A stretch of DNA of 64,000 bases from Brevundimonas sp. (GCF_016463295.1 NZ_JAEMRO010000003.1:5474-69473); one strand, 5' to 3'; positions 1-10,527 are shown, numbered from the stretch's first letter. Translations and numbers: made by a program. Notes: generated from the sequence alone by a model not told the origin.

Positions 1-243
1 ATACTGCTCCAGCTTGGCCTCCAGCCGCTCGATCAGGGTGAAGGCGTCGGCGGTGGCCCCGGCGAACCCGGCCACGACCTTGCCGCCCGCCAGGACACGT
101 ACCTTTCGGGCCGCCCCCTTCACGATGGTGGGTCCCATGGAGACCTGGCCGTCACCGGCGATGACCGTGCGACCGTTCTTGCGCACCGCCAGGATGGTCG
201 TGCCGTGCCAGCCGGGGGAGGGGGTGTCGGATGTCTGCGTCAT
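1..243 (-). CDS. hslV: ATP-dependent protease subunit HslV (5' part only, runs off window)
   Basis: Manual translation from ATG at 243: [37 protein letters not shown]...[21 protein letters not shown] (catalytic Thr) and GDGQVS are HslV signatures. Not in the ORF track. Confidence 0.96.
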   Translation of the reverse strand, partial: MTQTSDTPSPGWHGTTILAVRKNGRTVIAGDGQVSMGPTIVKGAARKVRVLAGGKVVAGFAGATADAFTLIERLEAKLEQY

Positions 244-326
244 CCCGCTCAGATGGCGACCGAAATGCGGCGTGCAAGACGAAACCGGAACGAATTCAAA
301 GTCTCTTTGACGCCACATTTGGACCA

Positions 327-342
327 ATGTAACGGGTTACAT
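327..342. promoter_or_regulatory. Perfect inverted repeat ATGTAAC-GG-GTTACAT, candidate operator
   Basis: Seen directly in the AT-rich divergent intergenic region between hslV and the BLUF gene. Cognate regulator unknown. Confidence 0.35.
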
Positions 343-385
343 AAGCACTTAATTACCCCACAAATGTTCGAATTGAGAGAACGTC

Positions 386-775
386 GTGCTTCATCGCGTA
401 GTCTACGTGAGCGAGTCTGTCGGAGCGACCGGTGTCTCGACCCAGTCGCTGGCCGAGATTCTGGGTGCGTCCGATCGCAACAATCGCCGCGACCACCTGT
501 CGGGCTGCGTGATGTTCCATGAGGGTCGGATCGTCCAGGCGATCGAGGGTGGGCGGGTTGATATCGACCGTCTGATCCGCCGCCTGCTGGTCGATCCGCG
601 TCATACGGGGATGCGGATCATCGTCGATACGCCGATCTCCGAGCGGCTGATGCACGAGCCCATGGCGCTGTGCCGCGATCCGGCGACCATGATGCGCCGC
701 ACCGGCCTGACGACCCTCAGCCGACTGACCGCCGGCGATGTGCAGGTCATGCTGGACTATCGCCTGGCCGCCTGA
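386..775 (+). CDS. Stand-alone BLUF (blue-light flavin sensor) domain protein
   Basis: VVYVS (Tyr), RNN, IVQAIEG (Gln), DPRH and terminal Met follow the BLUF pattern. GTG start. Confidence 0.88.
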   Translation: MLHRVVYVSESVGATGVSTQSLAEILGASDRNNRRDHLSGCVMFHEGRIVQAIEGGRVDIDRLIRRLLVDPRHTGMRIIVDTPISERLMHEPMALCRDPATMMRRTGLTTLSRLTAGDVQVMLDYRLAA

Positions 776-832
776 TGGGGCGTGACCCCAAACGAACGTG
801 ACCGATGGGGTCGATAGGGCTAGGCAGGAGCC

Positions 833-1573
833 GTGACCTTTTCCGACGACGAGATCGAACGCTATGCCCGGCACCTGATGCTGGCCGAAATCGGCGGGCC
901 GGGTCAGCAACGGTTGAAGGCCGCGCGCGTCGCTCTTGTCGGCCTCGGCGGTATCGGCGCTCCGGCCAGCCTGTATCTGGCGGCGGCGGGTGTCGGGACC
1001 TTGCGGCTGATCGACGACGACGCGGTCGCCTTGTCCAATCTGCAGCGGCAAATCCTGTTTCAGACCACAGACGTGGATCGTCCCAAGGTGGATGTCAGCG
1101 AGGAGCGCCTGACGGCGCTAAACCCTCATGTTCTGATCGAGCCCGCGGCCGAACGGCTGACTAGCGACAACGTGGCGGCTCTTTTGGCCGATTGTGATGT
1201 CGTGATCGACGGTACGGACGACTTCGAAACCCGCTTCACCGTCAACACCGCCTGCGTGGATGCAGGCGTACCTCTGGTCTCCGGTGCCCTGGGCCGATGG
1301 AGCGGGCAGGTCGGCGTCTTCTCCGGTCGCCCCTGCTATCAATGTCTGTTGCCCGACATACCCCCCGACGCCGAAACCTGCGCGCGCGTCGGTGTGGTCG
1401 GGGCGCTGGCCGGCGTGATCGGAGCCATGGCGGCGATGGAGACGATCAAGCTGATCACGCAGGTGGGCGAGCCGCTGACGGGGCGATTGCTGATCTACGA
1501 CGGACTTGCCGCGACGACCCGGGTGGTCACGATCGCCGCCGACCCGCACTGTCCGACCTGCGCCGTTGGCTGA
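833..1573 (+). CDS. moeB: MoeB/ThiF/HesA family adenylyltransferase
   Basis: ERYARH, GLGGIG nucleotide-binding loop, SNLQRQ, DGTDDF, two Zn CxxC motifs (CYQC, CPTC). GGAG SD before GTG. Confidence 0.85.
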   Translation: MTFSDDEIERYARHLMLAEIGGPGQQRLKAARVALVGLGGIGAPASLYLAAAGVGTLRLIDDDAVALSNLQRQILFQTTDVDRPKVDVSEERLTALNPHVLIEPAAERLTSDNVAALLADCDVVIDGTDDFETRFTVNTACVDAGVPLVSGALGRWSGQVGVFSGRPCYQCLLPDIPPDAETCARVGVVGALAGVIGAMAAMETIKLITQVGEPLTGRLLIYDGLAATTRVVTIAADPHCPTCAVG

Positions 1574-3616
1574 TTAGGCAAAGGCCTGTTTGAGCAAGGC
1601 GATGTAGCGGGACATCAGTGCCTTCTCTTGCGCGGCCGGCCAGTCGGCGTGGCCGTGTTTTTCGATTTCGATCAGTTCGACGGACTTTCCTGCGCTGCGC
1701 AGGGCATCCCGCATCCGACGGGACTGGATCACGGGCACGACCCCGTCGTCCTCGCCATGAACCAGCAGCACCGGACAGGCGATCTCTGAGGCGCGGCGGC
1801 GCGGTGACGCCCGATTCAGACTGGCACCCGCCGTCTCGGGATCGCCGATCCGCTTCGTCCAGAAGTCGTAGATCTGCTTGCCCGGCGTGTCGTCCTCGCG
1901 GCTTTCCCAGGCCAGCATGTCGGGCAGGTCGGCCACGCCACAGATGGCGATGCAGGCCTTGTAGAGTTCGGGTCGGCGCACCGCGCCCATCAGGGCCGCA
2001 TAGCCGCCGTAGCTGGTGCCCATGATGGCCACACGACCCGCGTCCAGGGCCTTGGCGGAGATGACCTGGGCCACCGCATCCTCGACGTCCTCCTGCATGC
2101 GCTCGCCCCAGCGGGTCCATCCCTGGCGGGCGAAGTCCAGGCCATAACCGCCAGAGCCTCTGAAGTTGGGACGCAGCACCCACCACCCCTGGGCGGCGAG
2201 GATTTGCACCTGCGTATCCCAGGCGCGCGTATCGCGGATTTCCGGCCCGCCATGCGGCAGGACGACCAGCGGGCCGGCCCGGCCCCCGGGCGGAGCGGTC
2301 AGATAGGCCTCGATCTCTGCCCCGTCGCGCGTGCGCACGCTCACCGTCTCCGTCGCGCCCAGCCGCGCTATGTCCAGCTGAATGACCGCCCCGACGTTCA
2401 CGATGGCGCGGGCCGTCTTGTCATAGAAGAACCAGGCGCCCGGCTCGGTGGGACCCGTCACGTGCAGCATGAAGCGGTTCCGATCCGCGTCGACGTCGGT
2501 CAGATGGACATCGCAATCGTTGTCGAAAAAGCGGTTCAGACCGGCATGCAGTGGCACCAAGGCCGGCTCGCTGAAGTCGTACTCCAGACGTGCACCGTAG
2601 TAGGCCGCACCCATGTAGCGCCCCGCCGTATCCTTCAGGCCATACAGCACATCGCGACCGGGACGGCCACTGATCGGCGGCCCGACCGCCAGACTGCCCA
2701 GATCCAGTTCGCGGATGCTTTCCGTATCCTCGCCCTCGGCGCGGGCCGAGACCAGAACCGTGCCGGGTCTGTCCGTTTCGCCGATCCACGAGAAATCGGG
2801 CGCGTCCTGCACGCGCGACCGACGCAACAGCTTCCATTCCGTCTCGCCTGGCATGCGCGCAAAGACGGTTTCCATCGTGCCGCGTGCGTTGATGTCGTGC
2901 CGCAGCACGGGCACGCCGCCCTGGGTATTCCAGAAATAGGTCGTGGTGTTGCCACGCTCGATGATGCTCGCGCTGCCCGTATTGATGTTGACGCGATGCA
3001 GGGCCAGCCGGCCGTCGGCCTCCCACGCCGTCATCAGGACGTGATCGGGATCGTTGTGCAGCATGTCGATGACGCGGCCCATGTCGAAGGTGCGACGCAG
3101 GCGATTGCGCTGATCCTGAAACAACAGGACTACGTCGCCGCGATCCGCGCCGATCGAGATGACACGACGTGAAGTGAACTCGACGCCCGGCAGGCGGACA
3201 TTCGATCCGGCCTGTGATCTGGAGTCCGTCTTGTTGGTGATCGCGACGCGGATCAGCAGGCGGTCGTCATTTCCCCAGTCCATCGCTTCGGCGCGGATCG
3301 GGCCCAGGTCTACCCGCTTGCGTTCGCCCTCGGGATCGTCGGCAGCGATCAGGTCGACAACACCGTGTGGCTCGTCTTCGGTGCCGATCTCCTGCAGCAC
3401 CGCAATGCGCCGACCGGACGGCGACAGGGACGCGGACCGGGTGTGCGGGCCGGGGAAGAAGGCGTCGATCGGATAGGGTGTGGAGGCGTCAGCGGCCTGG
3501 CCCGACAGAGCGCGTGCCGGCTGGACCAGCCCGGACAGGGACAAGGCCCCCGCCCCGCCCAGCACCATGCGACGCGACAGCGCAATCTGCGCCGCCTTGC
3601 TCAAACCACACGTCAT
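1574..3616 (-). CDS. S9 (prolyl oligopeptidase family) peptidase, Tat-exported
   Basis: SRRMVL twin-Arg leader, PHGGP, GTSYGG nucleophile elbow, HGEDD and HGH completing the triad. Confidence 0.88.
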   Translation of the reverse strand: MTCGLSKAAQIALSRRMVLGGAGALSLSGLVQPARALSGQAADASTPYPIDAFFPGPHTRSASLSPSGRRIAVLQEIGTEDEPHGVVDLIAADDPEGERKRVDLGPIRAEAMDWGNDDRLLIRVAITNKTDSRSQAGSNVRLPGVEFTSRRVISIGADRGDVVLLFQDQRNRLRRTFDMGRVIDMLHNDPDHVLMTAWEADGRLALHRVNINTGSASIIERGNTTTYFWNTQGGVPVLRHDINARGTMETVFARMPGETEWKLLRRSRVQDAPDFSWIGETDRPGTVLVSARAEGEDTESIRELDLGSLAVGPPISGRPGRDVLYGLKDTAGRYMGAAYYGARLEYDFSEPALVPLHAGLNRFFDNDCDVHLTDVDADRNRFMLHVTGPTEPGAWFFYDKTARAIVNVGAVIQLDIARLGATETVSVRTRDGAEIEAYLTAPPGGRAGPLVVLPHGGPEIRDTRAWDTQVQILAAQGWWVLRPNFRGSGGYGLDFARQGWTRWGERMQEDVEDAVAQVISAKALDAGRVAIMGTSYGGYAALMGAVRRPELYKACIAICGVADLPDMLAWESREDDTPGKQIYDFWTKRIGDPETAGASLNRASPRRRASEIACPVLLVHGEDDGVVPVIQSRRMRDALRSAGKSVELIEIEKHGHADWPAAQEKALMSRYIALLKQAFA

Positions 3617-3682
3617 GAAAATCCCCCGGACAATGACAATCAGGGGACCTCAGGACGGCAATTCCGTCAAGATGGCCCGCTA

Positions 3683-4669
3683 TCAGAACATCGCCGGGAT
3701 GACCCGGTCCGGCGGGCGGTGGCCGTTCTGGAAGGTCATGATGTTGGCGATGACGCGGTCGCCCATGTCCTGACGCGCCTCCAGGGTGGCGGAACCCAGG
3801 TGGGGCAGGAGCACGACATTGGCGTGGCCCAGCAGGCCCGGATGGATGGCCGGTTCGTTCTCATAGACGTCCAGCCCGACGCCGGCGATGCGCCGCCCCG
3901 CGACCGCCTCGGCCAAGGCCGCCTCGTCGATCAGTTCGCCGCGTGCGGTGTTGATCAGGATGGCATGGGGCTGGAGGCGCGCCAGACGCTCGGCCGACAG
4001 CAGGTGGTGGGTGTCTTTGGTCGCGGGGCAGTTCAGGGAGACAATGTCCATCCGGGACAGCATCTGGTCCAGATCGTCCCAGTAGGTCGCGCCCAGGTCC
4101 TCGGCGATCAGGGGGCTGACGGCCTTGCGGTTGTGGTAGTGGACCTGGAGGCCGAAGGCCCTGGCCCGGCGCGCCAAGGCCTGGCCGATGCGGCCCATGC
4201 CGACGATGCCCAGCCGCTTGCCCCACAGCTTGCGCCCGCACATCCAGGTGGGGGTCCAGCCTTCGAACCTGCCGTCGGCGACCACTTGCGCGCCCTCGAC
4301 GATGCGGCGGCTGGCGGCGAGGATCAGGCCCATGGCCAGGTCGGCGGTATCCTCGGTCAGGACGCCGGGGGTGTTGGTGACGATCAGGCCGCGCCCGACG
4401 GCGGCGTCGATATCGATATGGTCCACGCCCGCGCCGAAGCTGGCGATCATCTTCAGCTGCTCGCCTGCACTCCCGATCAGGCCGGCGTCGATGGTGTCGG
4501 TGATGGTCGGGACCAGGACATCGGCACGCTGAACGGCGGCTTCCAGCGCAGCGCGGTCCATGGGGCGGTCGGTAAGATTCAGCTCGGTATCGAACAACTC
4601 CCGCATCCGCGTTTCGACCGCGTCCGGCAGACTTCTGGTTAATACGACCTTAAGTTTGGGCGCGGACAT
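3683..4669 (-). CDS. D-isomer-specific 2-hydroxyacid dehydrogenase (glyoxylate reductase/D-glycerate dehydrogenase)
   Basis: Real start MSAPKLKVV at 4669 inside the longer track ORF. NTPGVLTEDTAD, GMGRIG, INTARG, GLDVYENEP, PHLGSAT. Confidence 0.92.
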   Translation of the reverse strand: MSAPKLKVVLTRSLPDAVETRMRELFDTELNLTDRPMDRAALEAAVQRADVLVPTITDTIDAGLIGSAGEQLKMIASFGAGVDHIDIDAAVGRGLIVTNTPGVLTEDTADLAMGLILAASRRIVEGAQVVADGRFEGWTPTWMCGRKLWGKRLGIVGMGRIGQALARRARAFGLQVHYHNRKAVSPLIAEDLGATYWDDLDQMLSRMDIVSLNCPATKDTHHLLSAERLARLQPHAILINTARGELIDEAALAEAVAGRRIAGVGLDVYENEPAIHPGLLGHANVVLLPHLGSATLEARQDMGDRVIANIMTFQNGHRPPDRVIPAMF

Positions 4670-4699
4670 TGGCAGCCTTCGATTCAACGAGCGTATCCG

Positions 4700-5263
4700 G
4701 TGTCTAGCAAAGCACGCTCCCGCTTCCAAAGACTGGCTGTCGTCACGGCGATCATGGGTGCCGCCGTAATGGCGGGCGCGGGCCAGGCCATGCCCGATGG
4801 TCGGCCCACGCCATCGGGTCAGCCGGTGCCGCGCTGGCTGTCGCTGAAATCGGACGAGGTGCGTGCCCGTTACGGCCCCGGTCTGGATTACCGCATCCTG
4901 TGGGAATATCGCGCGCGCGGCCTGCCGGTGCAGGTGATCGCCGAGACCAAGGAGTGGCGCAAGATCTGCGACCCGGACGGGGCCGTGGCCTGGGTCCACC
5001 GCAGCGTGGTGTCCAGCCGCCGCAGCGTCCTGAACCGCTCGGACGCCGAGATCGGCATCCATGCCCGCCGATCCGATGGCTCGCCCCTGCGTGCCCGCCT
5101 GTCGCCCAACGCCCTGGTGTCGGTCAACGAATGCGAGGAGGGCTGGTGCCAGGTTCAGGCGGGTCGCCGCCGAGGCTGGGTGCGCCAGTCCGCTGTCTTC
5201 GGCACCCAGGACCGCGCCCTGTGCAATGCGGCGCGCCCGGCCGGGACGGGGCGCGCCACCTAA
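4700..5263 (+). CDS. Exported bacterial SH3-domain protein (two SH3b-like repeats)
   Basis: Signal peptide, then [14 protein letters not shown]...R.GPG.DY.I.W.Y...[19 protein letters not shown]; C-terminal GWV motif. Confidence 0.82.
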   Translation: MSSKARSRFQRLAVVTAIMGAAVMAGAGQAMPDGRPTPSGQPVPRWLSLKSDEVRARYGPGLDYRILWEYRARGLPVQVIAETKEWRKICDPDGAVAWVHRSVVSSRRSVLNRSDAEIGIHARRSDGSPLRARLSPNALVSVNECEEGWCQVQAGRRRGWVRQSAVFGTQDRALCNAARPAGTGRAT

Positions 5264-5331
5264 ATCATTTGAGCGGGAGGGGCGGGTCGTGTAACCCCAC
5301 GGCAACACCGCACCGTCCGGAGCCCGCCGTC

Positions 5332-5871
5332 TTGAGCCTGTCGAAGTATCCGTCGTCGTTCGATTACGAAGCCCTGCTGGCCTCGGGCCGGGGAGAGCTG
5401 TTCGGGCCGGGCAATGCCCAACTGCCCGCGCCGCCGATGCTGATGTTCGATCGGATCACCCAGATCAACGCCGACGGCGGCGCCCACGGCAAGGGCTATG
5501 TCGAGGCCGAGCTGGATATCCATCCGGACCTCTGGTTCTTCCAGTGCCACTTCATCGGCGACCCGGTCATGCCCGGTTGCCTGGGCCTGGACGCCATGTG
5601 GCAGCTGGTCGGCTTCTACCTCGGCTGGATCGGCGGTCCCGGCAAGGGCCGGGCCCTGGGTGTCGGCGAAGTCAAATTCACCGGTCAGGTCCAGCCCGAC
5701 GTCAAGAAGGTCGTCTACAAGATCGACCTGAAGCGCGTGATCAACCGCCGCCTGGTCATGGGCATCGCCGACGGCGTGCTGGAGGCCGACGGACAGGTGA
5801 TCTACACCTGCAACGACATGCGCGTCGGCCTGTTCGGCGGCGGCGAGACCGTGGACGCGGCAGCCGGCTAA
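5332..5871 (+). CDS. fabA: 3-hydroxyacyl-ACP dehydratase/isomerase
   Basis: [42 protein letters not shown]. Probable TTG start at 5332 with GGAG upstream. Confidence 0.96.
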   Translation: MSLSKYPSSFDYEALLASGRGELFGPGNAQLPAPPMLMFDRITQINADGGAHGKGYVEAELDIHPDLWFFQCHFIGDPVMPGCLGLDAMWQLVGFYLGWIGGPGKGRALGVGEVKFTGQVQPDVKKVVYKIDLKRVINRRLVMGIADGVLEADGQVIYTCNDMRVGLFGGGETVDAAAG

Positions 5872-5932
5872 CCCCATTTGCAGACAGACCGCGGGCAACG
5901 CGGCGACTGATGAAAATTTGAAGGAAACCACC

Positions 5933-7162
5933 ATGCGTCGTGTCGTCGTTACCGGACTGGGCATCGTCTCCTCCATCGGCACGGGCCAGGACGAGGTCGC
6001 GGCCTCCCTGCGCGAGGCGAAGTCGGGTATCAAGGCCGCGCCGGACCACATCCAGCATGGCTTCCGCAGCCAGGTCTGGGCCCCGCCCTCGCTGGGCGTC
6101 ACGGCCGAGGACTGGGCCCCGCACGTCGATCGCCGCGCCGCCCGCTTTCTGGCCAATGGCACGGCCTGGGGTCACATCGCCTTCGAAGAGGCGCTGAAGG
6201 ACTCCGGCCTGACCGCCGACGAGATCAAGTCCGACCGCATCGGCCTGATCGTCGGCGAGGGCGGACCCTCGACCCAGGTCATCCTGCAGGCGGCCGCAAC
6301 GACCGTCGAAAAGAACTCCCCCAAGCGCATCGGGCCGTTCGCCGTGCCCAAGGCGATGGCCTCGGGTCCTTCGGCGGTTCTGGCGACCTGGTTCCAGCTG
6401 AAGGGCATCAACTATTCGATCAGCTCGGCTTGCGCGACCAGCGCCCACTGCATCGGGGCGGCGGCGGAACAGATCGCCTGGGGCAAGCAGGACGTCGTCT
6501 TCGCCGGCGGCGTGGAGGACATCGACTGGTCGATGTCCAACATGTTCGATGCGATGGGGGCCATGTCGTCGAACTTCAACGACACGCCCTCGGTCGCCAG
6601 TCGCGCCTATGACAAGGACCGCGACGGCTTCGTCATCGCGGGCGGCGCGGGCATTGTGGTGCTGGAGGAATACGAGCGGGCGGTGGCGCGCGGCGCGACC
6701 ATCTATGCCGAGGTCACCGGCTATGGGGCCAACTCCGACGGCTACGACATGGTCGCGCCGTCGGGCGAGGGTGCCGAGCGCTGCATGAAGATCGCGCTGG
6801 AAATGGCCGGCAATCCTAAGATCGACTATCTGAACCCGCACGGCACCTCGACGCCGGTAGGCGACAGCAAGGAGATGGGGGCGGTGCGCAACGTCTTCGG
6901 CGACCAGATGCCGATGATCTCCTCGACCAAGTCGCTGACGGGCCATTCGCTCGGCGCGGCGGGCGCACAGGAAGCCATCTACTGCCTGCTGATGATGAAA
7001 CACGGCTTCGCCGCCGAAAGCGCCCACATCGAAAACCTCGACCCCGAGTTCGAGGGCATGCCCATCCTGCGTGAACGTCACGACGGCGAGCTAACACACG
7101 TCATGTCCAACAGCTTCGGCTTCGGCGGCACGAACGGAACGCTGATCCTGTCGAAGGTGTGA
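5933..7162 (+). CDS. fabB: Beta-ketoacyl-ACP synthase I
   Basis: [17 protein letters not shown] (catalytic Cys), [24 protein letters not shown]; follows fabA. Confidence 0.95.
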   Translation: MRRVVVTGLGIVSSIGTGQDEVAASLREAKSGIKAAPDHIQHGFRSQVWAPPSLGVTAEDWAPHVDRRAARFLANGTAWGHIAFEEALKDSGLTADEIKSDRIGLIVGEGGPSTQVILQAAATTVEKNSPKRIGPFAVPKAMASGPSAVLATWFQLKGINYSISSACATSAHCIGAAAEQIAWGKQDVVFAGGVEDIDWSMSNMFDAMGAMSSNFNDTPSVASRAYDKDRDGFVIAGGAGIVVLEEYERAVARGATIYAEVTGYGANSDGYDMVAPSGEGAERCMKIALEMAGNPKIDYLNPHGTSTPVGDSKEMGAVRNVFGDQMPMISSTKSLTGHSLGAAGAQEAIYCLLMMKHGFAAESAHIENLDPEFEGMPILRERHDGELTHVMSNSFGFGGTNGTLILSKV

Positions 7163-8031
7163 TCGGGATGCCGGAGCGAATGATCCACGCCGACGGTATT
7201 GATCTGTGCGCTGAAGACTTTGGCGATCCGGCTCAGCCTGCTCTGCTTCTGGTCATGGGGGCTCAGGCTTCCATGCTGTGGTGGCCAAAGGATTTCTGTG
7301 AGCGACTGGCTGAGCGAGGGTTTCATGTCATTCGCTATGATCACCGCGATATCGGCCGCTCGACCACCTATGGCCTCGGCCAGGCGACTTATGATCTGAG
7401 CGACCTGGCACAGGATGTTTTCCGCGTGCTGAATGGCTTCGGTATTCGGAGCGCCAATCTCGTGGGCTTCTCCATGGGGGGCTATCTGGTGCAGGCAGCA
7501 GCCATCGCCCAGCCGGACCGCGTCGCCAGCCTGACAATATGGGGGGCGGGACCTCTGGACGACGTGCCGGGGTTGCCGGAAATGGACGCGGATCTGCTGA
7601 ACTTCCTGATGTCGGCCATGCCGCAGGACTGGACCGACGAAGACGCAGTCGTCGCTTTCCATGTCGAGGGGGCGCGCCGTATGCGGGGCGACCGGTTTCC
7701 TTTCGATGAACCGGCCCATACGGAGCTGGCGCGTGCGGAGTTCAATCGCGCCCGGGATCGCGCCAGCGCGTTAAACCATGCCAGTTACGACACGCAACAT
7801 CCCGGCGGGGCAGCCACGTTGCGCATGCCGACGCTGATCATTCACGGCGACAGTGATCCCGTCACGCCGGTCGAGCACGGACAGGCATTGGCGGCATTGA
7901 TACCCGACGCGCGGCTGATGGTGCTGGACGGTGTCGGCCATGAGCTTCCTGCACCAATCTGGTCAACCGTGATCGATGCGGTTGTCACCAATGCTGACCG
8001 AGCTAACATCGGATGCGAGGCCAGCTCTTAG
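7159..8031 (+). CDS. Alpha/beta hydrolase (esterase-like)
   Basis: GFSMGG nucleophile, HGDSD, GVGHE triad. GTGA overlap with the fabB stop (alternative ATG at 7168). Confidence 0.85.
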   Translation: MIGMPERMIHADGIDLCAEDFGDPAQPALLLVMGAQASMLWWPKDFCERLAERGFHVIRYDHRDIGRSTTYGLGQATYDLSDLAQDVFRVLNGFGIRSANLVGFSMGGYLVQAAAIAQPDRVASLTIWGAGPLDDVPGLPEMDADLLNFLMSAMPQDWTDEDAVVAFHVEGARRMRGDRFPFDEPAHTELARAEFNRARDRASALNHASYDTQHPGGAATLRMPTLIIHGDSDPVTPVEHGQALAALIPDARLMVLDGVGHELPAPIWSTVIDAVVTNADRANIGCEASS

Positions 8032-8048
8032 CGGCGAACGACGGGCGC

Positions 8049-8073
8049 GGAACCGATCCCGCTACGAAACGTC
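8049..8073 (+). promoter_or_regulatory. Candidate SigT/EcfG general-stress promoter GGAAC-N16-CGTC
   Basis: One mismatch to the alphaproteobacterial GGAAC-N16/17-CGTT consensus, about 45 nt upstream of the antiporter start. Confidence 0.45.
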
Positions 8074-8116
8074 TGCGTCACCATCGTGCACGGGCGCGAC
8101 CTGAGGAGGCTGCTAG

Positions 8117-9358
8117 CTGACATTCGATCCCTACATTCTGTTCCTGCTCGGTCTAGGTCTGGTGATCCTGCTGGTCAGCTGGGCACCAGTGGGCTTGAAG
8201 CGTCTACCGCTGACGCTGGCGATCCTGTGCGTGGGCGTGGGCGTCGTTGTCTTCTCCAGCGGGCTGTTGGCCTTCAATCCTGATCCGCGGACCTGGGACA
8301 CGGTAACGGAGAAGCTGACGGAGCTGGTCGTCATCATCAGCCTGATGGGCTGCGGGCTGAAGCTGGATCGAAAGCTGGGATGGAAACGCTGGAACGTGAC
8401 CTGGCGGCTGTTGGCCATCGCCATGCCCCTGACCATCGGGGCGGTCCTGCTGCTGGGTATCTGGGGCCTGGGCCTCGCCTTGCCGATGGCCATGCTGCTG
8501 GGCGCAGCCATGGCCCCGACCGATCCCGTGCTGGCTTCGGACGTGCAGGTCGGCCCGCCTGGATCCGGCGAGGAGGACGAGGTGCGGTTCGGTCTGACGT
8601 CGGAGGCGGGATTGAACGACGCCCTGGCCTTCCCTTTCGTGCACCTGGCCATTCTGGCGTCGGTGGGCGGACTGGCGACGAGCCAGGGGCTGATCGACTG
8701 GGGGCTGGTCAAGGTGGGCTGGAAGATCGCCGCGGGGCTGGGCATGGGCTGGCTGGTCGGGGCCGCTTTCGGCTGGCTGCTGTTCCGAGATTCCAGTCGC
8801 CAGCTGTCGCATCTGGGTGATGGCCTGATTGCCCTGGCCGCCACCTTCTTGGCCTATGCGGTGACCGAGCTGGCGCATGGCTATGGCTTTCTGGCGGTGT
8901 TCGTGGCGGCGGTGACCATCCGCAACTGGGAGCGGGACCACGATTTCCACGAGGAGATGCACGACCTGTCGGATCAGATCGAGCGCCTGTTGATGATGCT
9001 GCTTCTGGTCCTGTTCGGCGGGGCCTTGGCCAATGGCCTGCTGGCCAGCCTGACCTGGATCGATGTGGCGGTGGCGCTGGTCATCCTGCTGATCGTGCGA
9101 CCGGTCGCGGGGCTGTTGTCGCTGATCGGCGCGCCCCAGCCGTTCCGAGAGAAGGTGCTGCTGGCCTTTCTGGGCATACGCGGCGTCGGATCGATCTATT
9201 ATGTCGCCTATGGGCTGAACCATGGCGAGTTCGGAGACAGCGAGCGGCTGTGGGCCCTTGTCGGTTTCATCGTCCTGGCGTCCATCATCATCCATGGTGT
9301 GACGGCGACGCCGCTTCTGGAGCGTCTGGCGAAGTGGCGGACGGCGAAGACGGCCTGA
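8117..9358 (+). CDS. Cation:proton antiporter, CPA1 family
   Basis: Multi-TM protein with APTDPVLA and SEAGLNDALAFPF motifs. Frame is open back to CTG 8117 (in-frame TAG at 8114), with SD GAGGAGG 7 nt upstream. Confidence 0.9.
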   Translation: MTFDPYILFLLGLGLVILLVSWAPVGLKRLPLTLAILCVGVGVVVFSSGLLAFNPDPRTWDTVTEKLTELVVIISLMGCGLKLDRKLGWKRWNVTWRLLAIAMPLTIGAVLLLGIWGLGLALPMAMLLGAAMAPTDPVLASDVQVGPPGSGEEDEVRFGLTSEAGLNDALAFPFVHLAILASVGGLATSQGLIDWGLVKVGWKIAAGLGMGWLVGAAFGWLLFRDSSRQLSHLGDGLIALAATFLAYAVTELAHGYGFLAVFVAAVTIRNWERDHDFHEEMHDLSDQIERLLMMLLLVLFGGALANGLLASLTWIDVAVALVILLIVRPVAGLLSLIGAPQPFREKVLLAFLGIRGVGSIYYVAYGLNHGEFGDSERLWALVGFIVLASIIIHGVTATPLLERLAKWRTAKTA

Positions 9359-9414
9359 GGCTTTCGCCTTCCTGCAGCCCCTGCTAACTCTCCGCTTCGA
9401 TTGCGAGGAGACAT

Positions 9415-10239
9415 ATGATGGCCACCGAATCCGCCTGGATCATGCCCACCGGTGAACTGATGAAGGGCAAGAAGGGCCTGATCATGGGGGTGGCGAACGC
9501 CAACTCCATCGCCTGGGGCATCGCCTCGCAACTGGCCGCCCAGGGTGCCGAGCTGGCCTTCACCTATCTGGGCGAGGGGCTGGAGCGCCGGGTGCGTCCG
9601 CTGGCCGAAAGCGTCGGGGCCAAGCTGCTGATCCAGGCCGACGTCACCGACGACGCCTCCATGGACAAGGCCTTCGAGGAGCTGGAGCGCGAGTTCGGCA
9701 CCATCGACTTCGTCGTCCACGCCATCGCCTTCGCCAACAAGGACGAGCTGAAAGGCAGCTTTGTCGATAACACCAGCCGTGACAGCTTCCTGCTGGCCAT
9801 GAACATCTCGGCCTTCAGTTTCGTGGATGTCGCCAAACGCGCATCGAAGCTGATGCCCAACGGCGGCAGCCTGGTCACCCTGACCTATCTGGGGTCGGAG
9901 CGGGCCATTCCGAACTACAACACCATGGGCGTGGCCAAGGCCGCGCTTGAAGCCGCGACCCGCTACATCGCCCGCGACCTGGGGCCCAAGGGCATTCGCG
10001 TCAACGCCATCTCGGCCGGGGCCATGCGCACCCTGTCGCTGGCGGGCATCTCGGGCGGTCGCGGCATGATCGCGCAAGGTCGCGCCATGTCGGCCATGAA
10101 GGAAGACACCTCCATGGAGGGCGTCGCCGGGGCCGCCTTGTGGCTGTGCTCGGATCTGGGCCTCTCGACCACGGGCGAAGTCGTCCACGTCGACGCCGGC
10201 TTCCACATGATGGGCATGACGGCGGACGAAGAGGGTTGA
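9415..10239 (+). CDS. fabI: Enoyl-ACP reductase
   Basis: GKKGLIMGVANANSIAWGI, YNTMGVAKAALE, RVNAISAG. Confidence 0.95.
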   Translation: MMATESAWIMPTGELMKGKKGLIMGVANANSIAWGIASQLAAQGAELAFTYLGEGLERRVRPLAESVGAKLLIQADVTDDASMDKAFEELEREFGTIDFVVHAIAFANKDELKGSFVDNTSRDSFLLAMNISAFSFVDVAKRASKLMPNGGSLVTLTYLGSERAIPNYNTMGVAKAALEAATRYIARDLGPKGIRVNAISAGAMRTLSLAGISGGRGMIAQGRAMSAMKEDTSMEGVAGAALWLCSDLGLSTTGEVVHVDAGFHMMGMTADEEG

Positions 10240-10347
10240 TCGACACAGCGGCAGTCTCACGATCCTGTGTATGATAGCCGACATTTGAGCGTTGACGCCC
10301 CTGATGGGTGTGCCAGCTTCACCGTGTCCAAACGAGGGAGTGGTCAT

Positions 10348-10527
10348 ATGGCCCACAAGTTCGAAATCTACAAAGACAAGGCTGGCGAGTTTCGAGTCCG
10401 CTTCAAGCACAACAGCGAGACCATGTTCTCGACCGAAGGCTATGCGTCCAAGGCGTCAGCCAAGAACGCCATAGAGTCGATCAAGAAGAATGGCCCTGAC
10501 GCGCCGATCGACGATACGACGGATTGA
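10348..10527 (+). CDS. YegP/DUF1508 family small protein
   Basis: MAHKFEIYKDKAGEFRVRF...STEGYASKASAKNAIESIKKN pattern. GGGAG SD before ATG 10348. Confidence 0.85.
   Translation: MAHKFEIYKDKAGEFRVRFKHNSETMFSTEGYASKASAKNAIESIKKNGPDAPIDDTTD

Noticed and set aside
3683-5308. 541-aa track ORF suggesting a fused dehydrogenase
   Set aside because: The N-terminal part is the antisense of the SH3 gene; dehydrogenase homology starts at Met 4669.
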